A stretch of DNA of 64,000 bases. Origin: an uncultured Verrucomicrobiae bacterium. GTDB taxonomy: Bacteria; Verrucomicrobiota; Verrucomicrobiia; Limisphaerales; JAFGQR01. The DNA is taken from the NCBI GenBank assembly GCA_963788655.1, contig CAWBHS010000002.1, positions 8,673 to 72,672 on the forward strand, given 5' to 3'. Below the pieces are notes generated by a model. The model searched no databases. It was not told the DNA's origin and was given only the letters and a program-made list of their open reading frames with translations. Shown in pieces: positions 30,023 to 45,911 of the stretch; the stretch's first letter is position 1, and each line of letters starts with the position of its first letter. The position numbers were made by a program, and so were the translations under genes.

Positions 30023-31065
30023 TTTACCCGTAGCGAATTCCTTCCGCGGAATCCCAGATACGCCTCGATGGCGTCCACATACGGATTCTCCGTACTGACC
30101 AGCGCATGGCTGACCTGACGTTCGTTGGCGCCGCGGGCCAGGTCATCGATGCTTTGGCGCACCCGTTCGCGGTAGGCTCGGCGAATTTCCTCCGGTTCGA
30201 CCTCGACCAATTCGCGCGTTTCCATGTCTTCGAAACGCGCGGCGTTCACCGAAGGCAGATTCAGTTCATCCGGATCAACGACGTGCAGCAACAGGATTTC
30301 GAACTTGCGATAAATAAACTGCCCCAGCGCCTCGAAGAATTCGGGCTGGTCGGTCAAGAAATCCGAGAGGATGACAATGCGCCCGCGCTTCTTGAACAGC
30401 GGATTGCACTCCTGCAACGCCTGGGCCATGCCGGTCGTCGCGGAAGGCTGCACGCGCTCCAGTTCCATGACCAGGCTGTGCAAATGCCGGCGGGTGCCGC
30501 CGGGTGCCAGGAACTGGTTGACGGTCTCGGCAAACAGCGCCAGCGCCGCTTTGTCGCCCTGATGGATCATCAGGTAAGCCAGCGCTGCCGCAATCTTCGC
30601 GGCGAGCAGATACTTCGACTGCCGTCCGGTGCCGGCGTAATTCATCGACGCGCTCACATCCACCAACAGGTAGATCACCATGTCGGTTTCCTCTTCATAC
30701 TGGCGCACGAACAACCGGCGGGTCCGACCAAACACACGCCAATCAACCCGCTTGAGTTCGTCGCCCGGAACGTATTCCTTGTAATCGGCGAACTCGACGG
30801 ACGAACCGTGGTACGGTGACTTGTGTTTGCCGGTGAAATAGCCTTCAACAGTCGCACGTGCGAAAACCAGGAGATCCTTGAATCGGTCCAGTTCCCCCGG
30901 GGTCAGGATCTGGACTTTGCGCGGCGGCTGGAACATCGGCCACGACGGCTTGAGATGCGCCGGCAACTGTACCTTGAGCGGTGCCTTGGTCGCGTTCGTC
31001 AACACCGGCGGAACGCGTGGCGGCACGCTGCCGATGATGGGTGGTTTGGGAAGGGAATCGGGCAT
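30019..31065 (-). CDS. DUF58 domain (vWA-like) protein
   Basis: G.H.S...GSSVEFADYKEYVPGDELKRVDW, VRQYEEE, DVSASM, ILSDF. Confidence 0.9.
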   Translation of the reverse strand: MPDSLPKPPIIGSVPPRVPPVLTNATKAPLKVQLPAHLKPSWPMFQPPRKVQILTPGELDRFKDLLVFARATVEGYFTGKHKSPYHGSSVEFADYKEYVPGDELKRVDWRVFGRTRRLFVRQYEEETDMVIYLLVDVSASMNYAGTGRQSKYLLAAKIAAALAYLMIHQGDKAALALFAETVNQFLAPGGTRRHLHSLVMELERVQPSATTGMAQALQECNPLFKKRGRIVILSDFLTDQPEFFEALGQFIYRKFEILLLHVVDPDELNLPSVNAARFEDMETRELVEVEPEEIRRAYRERVRQSIDDLARGANERQVSHALVSTENPYVDAIEAYLGFRGRNSLRVK

Positions 31066-31073
31066 TGCAGACG

Positions 31074-32058
31074 TCAATACGACTGTTCCTTCACTTGCAA
31101 AATCATGCTTTGCACCACGTCACGGGACTTCTTACCCGCGCCCGTGGCCCGGTAATTGGTAATCACTCGGTGCTGCAACACGTGGACCGCCACTTCGCGG
31201 ACATCCTCGGTTTCCGGGCTGATCCGGCCTTTCAACAGCGCCAGCGCTTTGGCGCCGAGGATCATGTATTGCGAGGCGCGCGGACCGGCGCCCCATTCCA
31301 CATAATCGCGCGCGGTTTGCAAGGCGTGCGGACTGTTCGGGCGGGTGGCCGCCGCCAACGACACCGCGTAGTCAATCACGTGATCCGACACCGGCGCCGC
31401 CAGAACCAGCCGTTGCACCCGCAGCAATTCTTCACCGGCGATGGTCGGCGTGAGGGTCGGCAGTTCGCGCAACGTGGTTCGCTTCACGATTTCCATTTCC
31501 TCCTCCTTGTTCGGATAGTCCAGGTGCAAGGAATACATGAACCGGTCGAGTTGCGCCTCGGGCAAGCGGATAGGTGCCTTCCTGCTCGATGGGATTCTGC
31601 GTGGCGACGACCAGAAACGGGTCCGGCAACGCCCGCGATTTGCCGGCGATGGTGACCTTGCGCTCTTGCATCGCCTCGAGCAGGGCGGCCTGCGTTTTGG
31701 GTGGGGTGCGATTGATTTCGTCGGCCAGGATGAGATTGGCGAAGATCGGGCCCTGCTGATATTCGTATTCGAGGCGGCTGTCGCGTTCCTGCAACACTTC
31801 CGAACCGATGATGTCGCTGGGCATCAGGTCGGGGGTGAATTGGATACGCTTGAAGCTCAGTTGCAGGATCTCGGCCAGCGTCTTGACCAGCAGCGTCTTC
31901 GCCAGACCAGGCACCCCGACCAGCAGGCAATGCCCGCGGGAAAACAGGCTCGCCAGCAGCAACCGCACAATCTGCTCCTGGCCGACAATGACCTTGCTCA
32001 ATTCGTCCGTGATCCGCTGATACAGCGCGTTGATCTCCCTGGGTGAAATGTCGTTCAT
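31074..32058 (-). CDS. moxR: MoxR family AAA+ ATPase (frameshift about 31565)
   Basis: [70 protein letters not shown]. Confidence 0.93.
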
Positions 32059-32280
32059 GTTATCGTTTCTTGTGCCGATCTTGTGCGCGAATTTTATTCC
32101 CACCCATTGGACAAAGCCAATGACAAACTGGGTCGGAAAATATTAATGACCGACGAACAATGACTCAATGTCCAATGGCCAAATCCCAGAGAAGGGCCAA
32201 GGCCCAAACTCCAATGGCCGAATGGTAGGGCAAGACTCTGTCGAGCCCTACCGGGAGGAAGTTGAGGGTGCCAGGCATTA

Positions 32281-32380
32281 GCGCGCCAGCGTCCTGGAGT
32301 GCGGCAGTCCTCTGCCGCTTTCGAATAGCAGCGGTGCCTCCGAAAGCGGCCGAGGACTGCCGCACTCCAAAACTTGGCGG
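32281..32380. repeat. REP doublet, GGAGTGCG...CCGCTTT family
   Basis: GGAGTGCGGCAGTCCTCTGCCGCTTTCG / CGAAAGCGGCCGAGGACTGCCGCACTCC. Confidence 0.8.
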
Positions 32381-32472
32381 ACATACGGATCGGTTCGCGG
32401 GAAGCCGAGCTGGCGGTGACACAACCGCGGGCTCGTTCACCTTGGGCGCCACCGGCAGGTCGGCGACTCAAC

Positions 32473-34029
32473 TCAACCGGCTGCCAGCTCGCATTCCACG
32501 GCGGTGACCGAAGCAGCAGGGAAGGTCCAAATGCCGTTCGGAGGCAATGATCGTTCTGTAAGCTGCACCACATCCGGGTTGGTTTCGATGATTTCAACTT
32601 CGGGATCGGCAGCCAGGGTGAAGCATTTGCCGCGGCGCAGCTTCTGCCAGCCGGCGCCCAATCGGGTCGTCACCGAACGGGTGCGGTGGGGATTGACGAC
32701 GTGAAGAAAGAGGCGTTGGTCTGTGCGGCTGGCGGTCACGTCGAGGTCTGCCGGCGCATGGGTCACCGAGCAGGCTTGCTGGCCGGTGTGGTGACGGTAC
32801 AGCGCCATCACCAAGCCCACCGGCATCAGGTACGCGTGCCCACCCGGCACGGGGATCATGAGGGCATTGACCTGCCAGCGCGTGCCGCAGAAGTCGGCGA
32901 GCGTGGCGATCTTGAGCACATCACCATGGCGCTCGTGGACGTTGAGGAGCCGGGCGTTGGCCACGCCGGCGGCCCAGGTGGAAAGCACTTCGCAGCGGTT
33001 GCGGCCGGGGAGCGCGAAATGGCATTCCGTGAGCGCCAGCGGGGTCTTGAATTTCCCCACTTGCGCGCGCATTTGCCGGATGCGGGCGTCGTGCGGTTTC
33101 CAGGCGGCCATCAGGCTGGCCCAGGTGCGGTCAGGATCCTGGCGGTAGGCATTGCCCCGGAGCGGCGAATCGGGCCGGCGGTCGGGATTGAACATGTGGT
33201 GAAACGCGATGAAGTCGAGCTGTTCGTCATTGGCTTCGAGCATGTGCGGCGCCCAACCGCTGTCACCCCAGCCGATGAGTTGGATCGTGGGATCGGCCTT
33301 TCGCATGGCGGTGATAAATGCACTGGTCTTGCGAACGGCGGTTTCCCGATCAAACCCGTTACGATCGTAGGAAGTCTCGTTGCCGATTTGCCATAGCGGT
33401 ACGCGTTGTGGATCGGGGTAACCGTGCCGCCGGCGTTCCTCGTTGGCGGCATCGTTGCAATAGCTTACCCAGGCCGCCGCTTCCTCCGGTCCCGCCGAGC
33501 GGATGTCGCCGTTCGGCAGCTTGGCCCAGTGCTTGCGGCCATCGGATTCGAAGTTCACGCAAATCAATGCCGCTGCGCCGGTCGCCTGACAAAACTTCAC
33601 AAACTCGATGGTGCCCACCTGATTTGGTTCGATACCGCCCCAGAGCAGGTTAATCATAGGCCGTCGGGCGGAACGCGGACCAACGCCTTCCTGCCAGCGG
33701 TAATACGAGGAGAAGCAGCCGCCCCAACGTATAAGGGTGGGGCTGAGACTGCGGGTGGTTTCGATCACGTCGGCGCGCCAGCGATTGTTGAGGAAATCCC
33801 ACGCCGCCGCCACGGAACCGTCGGTGGTGCCCAGCGGTTCCATGAACTGCATGTAAAGATACGGCGAGAGCTCGAACCGCGGGGTGGAATCGATTTCGAG
33901 GCCCGCAGTGGCCTCACGTTCACGGGCGCTTTCCGCCGCCATGGTGCCCAATCCGACGACCGGCGCTGCCGCTCCTAAAACTTCGATGAATTGGCGACGG
34001 GTCAGATTGGTTGGCTTCGAGGTGTCCAT
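32473..34029 (-). CDS. Tat-exported GH51 alpha-L-arabinofuranosidase-like protein
   Basis: TRRQF Tat signal; YMQFMEPLG, IRWGGCFSSYYRWQEGVG, WQIGNE, LALTEC. Confidence 0.85.
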   Translation of the reverse strand: MDTSKPTNLTRRQFIEVLGAAAPVVGLGTMAAESAREREATAGLEIDSTPRFELSPYLYMQFMEPLGTTDGSVAAAWDFLNNRWRADVIETTRSLSPTLIRWGGCFSSYYRWQEGVGPRSARRPMINLLWGGIEPNQVGTIEFVKFCQATGAAALICVNFESDGRKHWAKLPNGDIRSAGPEEAAAWVSYCNDAANEERRRHGYPDPQRVPLWQIGNETSYDRNGFDRETAVRKTSAFITAMRKADPTIQLIGWGDSGWAPHMLEANDEQLDFIAFHHMFNPDRRPDSPLRGNAYRQDPDRTWASLMAAWKPHDARIRQMRAQVGKFKTPLALTECHFALPGRNRCEVLSTWAAGVANARLLNVHERHGDVLKIATLADFCGTRWQVNALMIPVPGGHAYLMPVGLVMALYRHHTGQQACSVTHAPADLDVTASRTDQRLFLHVVNPHRTRSVTTRLGAGWQKLRRGKCFTLAADPEVEIIETNPDVVQLTERSLPPNGIWTFPAASVTAVECELAAG

Positions 34030-34051
34030 GCCAGCTAGGAGTGGTTGCCAA

Positions 34052-36145
34052 CTATTGTTTTTTGACCCAAACATAGTCCAGTCCCACCGAGCCTGCTTGC
34101 ACACATTTCAGGCTGAGTTCGTGCGGTCCGGCCTCAAGCTCCACCGGTTGGAAATTCACGTTGAGCACGCGTGGCGCATGGGCCGAGTGCAGACGGATTT
34201 GTTCGGTGCCGCCGGCGACCGGGAGTGGTTTACCATCCAGCAGCGCTTGCACTGTGGCGCCATCCGGACGATGGACCGCAACCAAATGGATGGCCGCGCG
34301 ACCGGCACGTTCGACCGGCAGTTTGATCTTGAGTTGGTCACCTTGGTTCGCCTGCCAACGAGCGATTTGGAGTTGCGTGGCCAGGGGACATGGCACGGTT
34401 TCGACGCGCCCGCCGGTGGCCTGCAAATCCAGTTGGGCAGGCAGGAAGAACCGGGCCCCGCTCGCGCCACCCGCCGCCACGGGCACACGCTTGGGCAGCG
34501 GATCAACCGTCAAATCCGCCGGCATGAGACCGCGGTGGTCATCGATGGCATTGGGACGCGCGTAATGATAAACGATCCGTGCGTAGCTCAGACCAGGCGT
34601 GCGATTGTGCGACCAGAGTTCGAGGAAGACCGCCAGGGATTGCGCGAACGGAATCGCGTCCATTACCTGGAAGCGATGGTTCGAGACATAACCCGAAGTG
34701 TCCGGGCCGGAATCCAGCGGTTGCCCGCAGTACGGATGGGTAAACAAATCCGACCGGCTCCACGAGTAATTGAAGTAGTCCTCGGACCCAGTGCCGAACG
34801 TCGAGGGTTTGGATTCGCCGTCAACCAGGATCTTTTCATCACCTTCACCCCACCAATTGCCGCCGGCGGTCGGCACCCCGGATGGATTCATGATCATCGC
34901 GGCGCACCCGGCGAACACGCCTTTCCCGATGGCGACCAGGTACGGCAGGTCAATGACGCCCGCGCCCGCCAGCAGGTCGTGGTCAACGCGCCACTTGGCC
35001 CGGAAATAGAGTGACCGGTCGTTCCACTGCCACGGAGAAAATCGCACCGAGCCGTCGAGGCGGACCGGGGCTGGCGTGAAGTTGGCGATTTCGATCCGCA
35101 CCGATTTTTCGTAGGGCATGACAAACCGGCAGGTCATCAGGCCATCCGCCGCAACGGAGAAAGGAAGACTGGCAAACGAATTCACGCCGGGCCCTGAAGC
35201 GAAGAAGTCGCCCACGGGCACGTCAACTTGCGGACGTTGCGCGCCGTCGAAGGCAATGCGCAGCCGACAGCCGCGCAACGCCGCCTCCAGGGTGTCAGCG
35301 TGCAGACGAAGCTTCAGTTCCCGGATGGCCCCGGGCCCTTTCGTCTCAGGCGCCCAGGTCCAGTTGCGGCCCGGTTGAATGGTGCCTTCCAGCGCGACGG
35401 GTTCGTTGGCCGACTCGACGGTCGGTTGCGTAAGACCAGTAACGGCGGCGCGGAGTTGCGGCTCGAATTCCTGGAGGTCCTTCTTGGGATCAAAGGTCCG
35501 CACGGCGGTGCCCGCCGGATAACAACGAACCTGGAGATGATAGAAATGCAGTTCGTTGAGTTTGCCTTCCCAAGTGACTTTCAGGCCGTGCGCAAACGGA
35601 ATGGGCAGGTAGTCGGCGTCATTCTGGCTGAAGGCGTCTTTGGCCTCCAGGTCAATTCCAGCGGATTTGAGATATTGGCCCGACCGCCGGGCGAGGAAAT
35701 CGTAGCCGGAACCTTCCCAAACGAGTGTCCCGGCGTCCGCCTTACCATCGTTGGCGCCGGGATCAAGATAAACTCGCAGCACACCGCCCATGCCGGCCGA
35801 CCAGCCGCGAACGATGGCACCAGGACCGGTCACCTCGGCCAGCAGATACCGGCCCGCCTGATCCGCCGGCGGTTCCCGCAGGACTTTCAGAAATCCGGGA
35901 ATTGGCTCGCGGCCAAAGCCGTCGGCATTGGAGAACCAGCCGGGCGCTTCGCTGGTGGTCGAACGCCGGTCGTAACTGGAGAATTGGATGGTTCGATAGG
36001 CCGGTACCGGCCAGCGGGCCAAGCGTCCCAGGTCGGTCATTTCCGCGAGCAAGGAACCGGTGGTGATGGGGGGCGAACCCGGTTCTGCGGCCGGAATTGA
36101 AATGGCGAAAAGGCCCAGGAAGACAAAGGCAGCAAATTGTTTCAT
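34052..36145 (-). CDS. Secreted DUF2961 (GH172-like) glycoside hydrolase
   Basis: FSSYDR, GPGAI, PVGDFF, WWGEGDEKI.VDGE, GTGSEDYF, DAIPF. Confidence 0.85.
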   Translation of the reverse strand: MKQFAAFVFLGLFAISIPAAEPGSPPITTGSLLAEMTDLGRLARWPVPAYRTIQFSSYDRRSTTSEAPGWFSNADGFGREPIPGFLKVLREPPADQAGRYLLAEVTGPGAIVRGWSAGMGGVLRVYLDPGANDGKADAGTLVWEGSGYDFLARRSGQYLKSAGIDLEAKDAFSQNDADYLPIPFAHGLKVTWEGKLNELHFYHLQVRCYPAGTAVRTFDPKKDLQEFEPQLRAAVTGLTQPTVESANEPVALEGTIQPGRNWTWAPETKGPGAIRELKLRLHADTLEAALRGCRLRIAFDGAQRPQVDVPVGDFFASGPGVNSFASLPFSVAADGLMTCRFVMPYEKSVRIEIANFTPAPVRLDGSVRFSPWQWNDRSLYFRAKWRVDHDLLAGAGVIDLPYLVAIGKGVFAGCAAMIMNPSGVPTAGGNWWGEGDEKILVDGESKPSTFGTGSEDYFNYSWSRSDLFTHPYCGQPLDSGPDTSGYVSNHRFQVMDAIPFAQSLAVFLELWSHNRTPGLSYARIVYHYARPNAIDDHRGLMPADLTVDPLPKRVPVAAGGASGARFFLPAQLDLQATGGRVETVPCPLATQLQIARWQANQGDQLKIKLPVERAGRAAIHLVAVHRPDGATVQALLDGKPLPVAGGTEQIRLHSAHAPRVLNVNFQPVELEAGPHELSLKCVQAGSVGLDYVWVKKQ

Positions 36146-36336
36146 GGGCTCCGAAATAAAGGAAAATCCGGAGGGACACCAGACTAATTACTTTTGAATA
36201 CCCTCCCTGGAATTCGGTCCAAACCTAACGGGTTGCGGAAGTCCGCATTCGAGGTTCGAAAACCGGACAGTTCGTTTGGAAGTGTTGACCGGATGTCGCC
36301 AGGAACTGGGATGTGTTTGGCTTAAGGCTGCTGTCT

Positions 36337-37095
36337 ATGAATCCATCTAAACTACACGCAAGGGCATCGGAAGAGCCGCGTCGGAAGTCTGGGCGCGCGT
36401 TTACGCTCATCGAACTACTGGTGGTCATTGCCATCATCGCCATTCTGGCGGCCATGCTGCTGCCCGCGCTGGCGTCGGCCAAGGAGTATGCCAAACGCAT
36501 CAGTTGCATCAATGGCATCCGGCAACTCAACCTCGCGTTGAGAATGTACGCCGATGACCATGAAGGCCATTTTCCCACCCGGCCGATCCAAAGCGACCGA
36601 GGGGATCGCTGGCCCACTCTGCTCTTTGGTTATTACCAGAACCTCGAGTTGTTGAAGTGTCCCTCCGATGTCCCCAATCCGCCCACCAACGCCCGCGACG
36701 AAGCCGGCGCGGCGGCGCCGGATCGTGCCGATCGCAGTTACATCTTCAATGGTTGGAACGATTGGTTCGGCGGCATGTATCCCACGACCAACCAGCCTTA
36801 CATGACGGAAAACGCCATCCGGGAACCGTCCGCCACGGTCACCTTCGGCGAAAAGGAATCCACGTCCGGACATTTCTGGATGGATTTTCTCGAAAGCGCT
36901 GACGGCAACGATTTCACCGAATTGGAGCAAAGCCGCCACAGTTCCGGCCGGCACAGCGGCAACCGGACGGGGGGCTCAGTGTTTGCCCTCGGCGACGGCA
37001 GCACGCAATATCTGAAGTATTGGGCTTCCCTCACACCGATCAACATGTGGGCCGTCACGGAACAGTGGCGAACCAACGCGGTCATGATACCTTGA
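36337..37095 (+). CDS. Prepilin-type N-terminal cleavage/methylation protein (DUF1559/H-X9-DG-like)
   Basis: [38 protein letters not shown]-terminal RH...GS.F..GDGS. Confidence 0.9.
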   Translation: MNPSKLHARASEEPRRKSGRAFTLIELLVVIAIIAILAAMLLPALASAKEYAKRISCINGIRQLNLALRMYADDHEGHFPTRPIQSDRGDRWPTLLFGYYQNLELLKCPSDVPNPPTNARDEAGAAAPDRADRSYIFNGWNDWFGGMYPTTNQPYMTENAIREPSATVTFGEKESTSGHFWMDFLESADGNDFTELEQSRHSSGRHSGNRTGGSVFALGDGSTQYLKYWASLTPINMWAVTEQWRTNAVMIP

Positions 37096-37102
37096 GCCCA
37101 CC

Positions 37103-38507
37103 ATGATCCGTTATCAATGTTCCTTCGTGGCCGCCGGTACTGGCCTTCGCCGGATTCCCGCAACCGGGGATCGCCCAATCCTTCCAAGCCGCCCCACCAA
37201 CGTTCGACGCGGCTGGGGCCGTTATCCAATGGTCGCCCTTAGCTACCGCCCAAGGGTATCGCGTCGAGTACCGCGACGGCACCCTCGCGGGCCCCTGGTT
37301 ACCGTGTCCCCCGCAGGATCAGTGGCCCATCGACACCACGTCCTGGACCGATCCCCGGCCGTTGGACACGGACGCGCGTTACTATCGGGTGATGGCATTG
37401 CAGGCGGTTCGCGGAACAGTGGTTGATGCGGTGTCCGCCGGCATCACACCGGCCTCGTTCGTGAGCAGTATCGTCGATTTGCTGGATCTTCCCATCACTC
37501 CTGTGCATGACGTGGATGTTTACCAGGTTTCCTACCAGACGATTACTCCCGACGGCGCACCGACGATGGCCACCGGCGCCTTGATGTTGCCCAATGGGGT
37601 GACCCAGGCTGTGCCGTTGCTAAGTCACCAGCATGGCACGGTGATCCTCACCAACGAAGTCGCCTCGCAAGGCCAGGGTGAATACCTTCTGGGATTGGTT
37701 TGGGCGTCCATCGGCTATGCGGCGGCCATGCCGGATTATCTGGGCATGGGGGGCGGCTCTGGTTTGCATCCCTACGTTCACGCGCGCTCCGAAGCGACCG
37801 CGGTGGTGGATCTGCTGCGCGCCAGCCGCACGATTTGCGCGCAAGCCAACGTGATGCTCAACGGGCAGGTATTCCTGATCGGTTATTCCCAAGGCGGTCA
37901 AGCCACCATGGCGGCGCACAAAGAAATCGAAAGCTGCTGCACTGGCGAATTCACCATTACTGCCTCCGCCCCGATGGCCGGACCGCACGATATGTCGGGC
38001 ACGATGGCGGACATGCTGGCGTCTGATCAGCCTTACGGCAGCCCCTTTTACCTGCCCTACACGCTCTTTGCATATAACAGCGTTTATCGCCTGTACGATT
38101 CGCTGACCAATGTTCTGCGTGTGCCGTATGCCACCACGCTGCCGCCGTTGTTCGACGGTCAACATTCGGAGAGCCAGATCAACGCCGTCATGCCCTCCGT
38201 GCCCAGCCAGATTCTGCGGCCGGAATATCTCGAAGGCTTCCGCAACGACCCGAACCACCCGTTCCGCGTGGTGTTGCGCCGCAACGATCTTTACAACTGG
38301 ACGCCGCACGCGCCCATGCACCTGTATCATTGCCACGGCGATACCACCGTGCCCTTCGTCAATTCGCAGATTGCCTACGATCATTTCCAGACGAACGGCG
38401 CCCCGCAGGTAATGTTGATCGATCCATACATGCAAGGCACCCACAGCACCTGTGTCACCAACGCGTTCGTAGCCGCCAAGGAGTGGTTTGACACGTTGAA
38501 GAATTAG
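37103..38507 (+). CDS. Secreted lipase-like alpha/beta hydrolase (frameshift about 37136)
   Basis: HGT, PDYLG.G, HPY, GYSQGG nucleophile, H..GDTTVP. Removing one G at 37136 gives a signal peptide and a continuous frame. Confidence 0.85.
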
Positions 38508-38547
38508 CCCGCACGTTTCACCCGTCGCATGAACCGCCGACACACCT

Positions 38548-38616
38548 TAGCCGCCGACGTGGGGAGGCGGACCTGAAGCTTCAGACCGTGTTCCGCCTCC
38601 TCACGTCGGCGGCTAC
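38548..38616. repeat. REP doublet, GTAGCCGCCGACGTGAGGAGGC family
   Basis: Inverted pair 38548-38571 / 38592-38616. Relatives at 2234-2255 and 39622-39689. Confidence 0.8.
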
Positions 38617-38740
38617 TAAAGAGGGTGCGAAATATTCAGGTTAACGGTTGCCGTCGCCCGATGTAGCCATTAAAAGAAGGTCCGAGCCCGTACCAACTTC
38701 GGTGCGAGGGCGATCAATTAAAACACGCAACCATTGATTC

Positions 38741-39605
38741 ATGACGCAACATCGCATTGGCATGATTGGCGGCAGCGGACTGTATCATCTCGAAGGCTTC
38801 ACCCACCAAAAATGGGTGAAGATCAAAACACCGTTCGGCCCGACCTCGGATGACTTGCTGACCGGCAGATTGCCGGGCGCGACGTCGTCTTTCTCCCGCG
38901 ACACGGGCGCGGCCATCGCATTTGCCCAGCGAACTGAACCATCGCGCCAACATATGGGCGCATGAAAAAACTCGGCGTGGCCTGGATCATCAGCGCCAGC
39001 GCCGTCGGCTCCCTGCAGACGAAATACAAGCCGTGCGACATCGTGCTGATCGACCAGTTCCTCGACCGCACCAAGCAAGCGGCGGACCACACGTTCTTCG
39101 GCCGCGGCATCGTCGCCCACGTTGCGTTTGCGCATCCCGTCTGCGAGGAACTGCGGCAGATCCTGCTCCGCAGCGCCCGCGGCCTGCAAAGCCCGCGCTC
39201 ACAACGGCGGCACCTACGTCAACATGGAAGGCCCCGCTTTCAGCACTCGCGCCGAATCACTGACCAACCATCGCGCTCGGGTACGATGTCATCGGCATGA
39301 CCAACCTCGGCGAAGCCAAATGCGCCCGCGAAGCGGAAATCGCCTACGCCACCATGGCCATGGTCACCGATTACGATTGCTGGAAAGTGGACGAAGCCCA
39401 CGTGACCGTTGAGATGGTGCTGGAATACCTGCACCGCAACGCCGCCATGGCCCAAAAAATCATTCTTGAAGCGATCCCCCAAATACCTGCCGAGCCGGAT
39501 TGGCCAGCGCATCGCGCCCTCCAAAACGCCATTTTGACCGACAAAAAACTCTGGCCGGCAACGACCCGCAAGGAACTACGCCCCATTTTGGGAAAGTACT
39601 GGTGA
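38741..39605 (+). CDS. mtnP: S-methyl-5'-thioadenosine phosphorylase (several frameshifts)
   Basis: [67 protein letters not shown], spread across frames. Confidence 0.9.
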
Positions 39606-39722
39606 GAGCTGTTTGAGACAGGTCGCCGCCGACGTGAGAAGGCAACTTCATTAGCGCAACGGTCCACCTCCACATGTCGGGGTGGCTACTGCCTGTCGGC
39701 GTTCTAATCGAGGTGTAAAATA

Positions 39723-44208
<4,486 letters not shown>

Positions 44209-44293
44209 ACCCAACCGTTGGTCACCAATCTTGAAACCGCGCAACAGGAGAACTCTTTACTGTTGAGTCTTCGCCGCGCTGGCGGAGCCACGT

Positions 44294-44869
44294 TCAAACG
44301 CGCTTGGCCAATTCAGCCTGGCTGGCGGCGAAGACTTCCTGGTGCAACGAACGACCGTGCGAATCCATGGTGACCACCGCCGGGAAATTCTCGACGGCGA
44401 ATTCCCAGATAGCCTCCGGCGCGCCGAACTGGTCCATCAGATAAACGCCACGCACCTTCTTCACGCATTCGGCCAGCACCTGCGCGGCGCCGCCAATGGC
44501 GTGCAAATAGACACAACCAAATTCCTGACACGCCGCCAGCGTGCGATCGCCCATGCCGCCTTTGCCGATGACGCCCCGCAGACCAAACTGCTTGATCAAT
44601 TGGCCCTGGTACGGTTCTTCGCGGATTGAGGTCGTGGGGCCAGCCGCCACTACCTTCCATTCGCCCCGTTCGTCTTTGATGACCACCGGGCCGCAATGGT
44701 ACAGGACGCCGTCGCGGAGGTTGACTTCCGGGGGCAACTCGCCGCCTTCGTGCAGGTATTTGTGAACCGCGTCACGGCCCGTGAAGAGCGTGCCGGAGAT
44801 GATAATTTCATCGCCAACTTTGAGTTCGCGGATGGCGGCTTCAGGAATGGGCGTGGTCAGGGAGGTCAT
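44294..44869 (-). CDS. Class I fumarate hydratase / tartrate dehydratase beta subunit
   Basis: LKVGD..ISG...GRDAVH, YHCGP, GPTTS.R, IGKGG, PEAIW..VENFP..VTMDSHG. Confidence 0.9.
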   Translation of the reverse strand: MTSLTTPIPEAAIRELKVGDEIIISGTLFTGRDAVHKYLHEGGELPPEVNLRDGVLYHCGPVVIKDERGEWKVVAAGPTTSIREEPYQGQLIKQFGLRGVIGKGGMGDRTLAACQEFGCVYLHAIGGAAQVLAECVKKVRGVYLMDQFGAPEAIWEFAVENFPAVVTMDSHGRSLHQEVFAASQAELAKRV

Positions 44870-44967
44870 GGGGAAAACGTTGTTCAGTGGTTGAGCGTCA
44901 AATCGAAATGCCTTCGCGGATTGTAAATTCCATTATCCCTGCATCGGCGGGTTTCCATCGGGAGTCG

Positions 44968-45847
44968 TCAATACAGCCATTTTTGGATGTTGCCGCCGTC
45001 ATTGAGCATCACTCCCTGGCGCCGGTAAGCCCAGCACATGTAACTGACGCTGACGAAATACGAGGCCGGCAAGCGGTTGGCCGCGCCGATCTTCACCCCC
45101 AGCAAGGTCGTCTTGCCGCCGAAGCCCATCGGGCCGATGCCCAACTCGTTGGCGGTGGTCAGGATGTCCTGCTCCAATTGATCGAGCTCGGGCACCGGAT
45201 TGCGGTCGCCGAGTTTGCGGAGCAATTGCGTTTTGGAGAACTCGTAGCTGGTGGCCCGATCGCCACCGATGCACACCCCCAGGATGCCCGGACCGCAGCC
45301 TTTGCCCTGCGCCTGGAGCACGGCATCCAAAATTGCCTTGCGGCAACCGTCGAGATCGCGATTGGCTTGGAGCTTTTCGTTGGGCAAGCGAGTACTGGGC
45401 GCCGACGTTTTCGCAGCCACCGCCTTTGAGGATCAGGCGCACGCGCACGTCGGGCGAACGCTGCTGGTGGAAATGGAAGCTCGGCGCTCCCGGCCCCACG
45501 TTGGTGCCGTCATTTTTGCCGGTCAGGGAGTCCACCGAGTTTTGCCGCAAGTAACCTTTCTTCGTTGCCAGCGTCACGGCTTCCCGTGCCACGTCCGCGA
45601 ATGCGATCTGGTCAAAGCCCACCGGGCAATCCACGTAAAACAGGATGCTCCCGGTGTCCTGACAGATGGGTTGGGATTTCTGCCGGGCCAACTCGATATT
45701 CCGGTCAATGATCTTGAAGGCCGACTCGGCGATGGTGCCTTTCTTTTCTTTTTCCAAAGCAGCCAAAATGGCCGCCTGCACGTCGTCGGGAATTTCAACC
45801 GACGTGCGGCGAATCAATTCGAGCAAGGAATCGTGCAATGAGTTCAT
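44968..45847 (-). CDS. Class I fumarate hydratase alpha subunit (frameshift about 45388)
   Basis: PICQDTG, YLRQN.VD, KGGGCEN, GKGCGPG, LGIGPMGFGG.TT, CWAYR. Confidence 0.9.
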
Positions 45848-45858
45848 GCGATGACGGA

Positions 45859-45887
45859 ATCGTAGGGGTTGACGGCGGAGGTGTCAA
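45859..45887 (-). promoter_or_regulatory. Sigma70-like promoter for the fumarase operon
   Basis: On the minus strand TTGACA (45887-45882), N17, TACGAT (45864-45859), 11 nt upstream of the ATG. Confidence 0.6.
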
Positions 45888-45911
45888 ATGAAGCGTGGGA
45901 GTGAACGTCCA

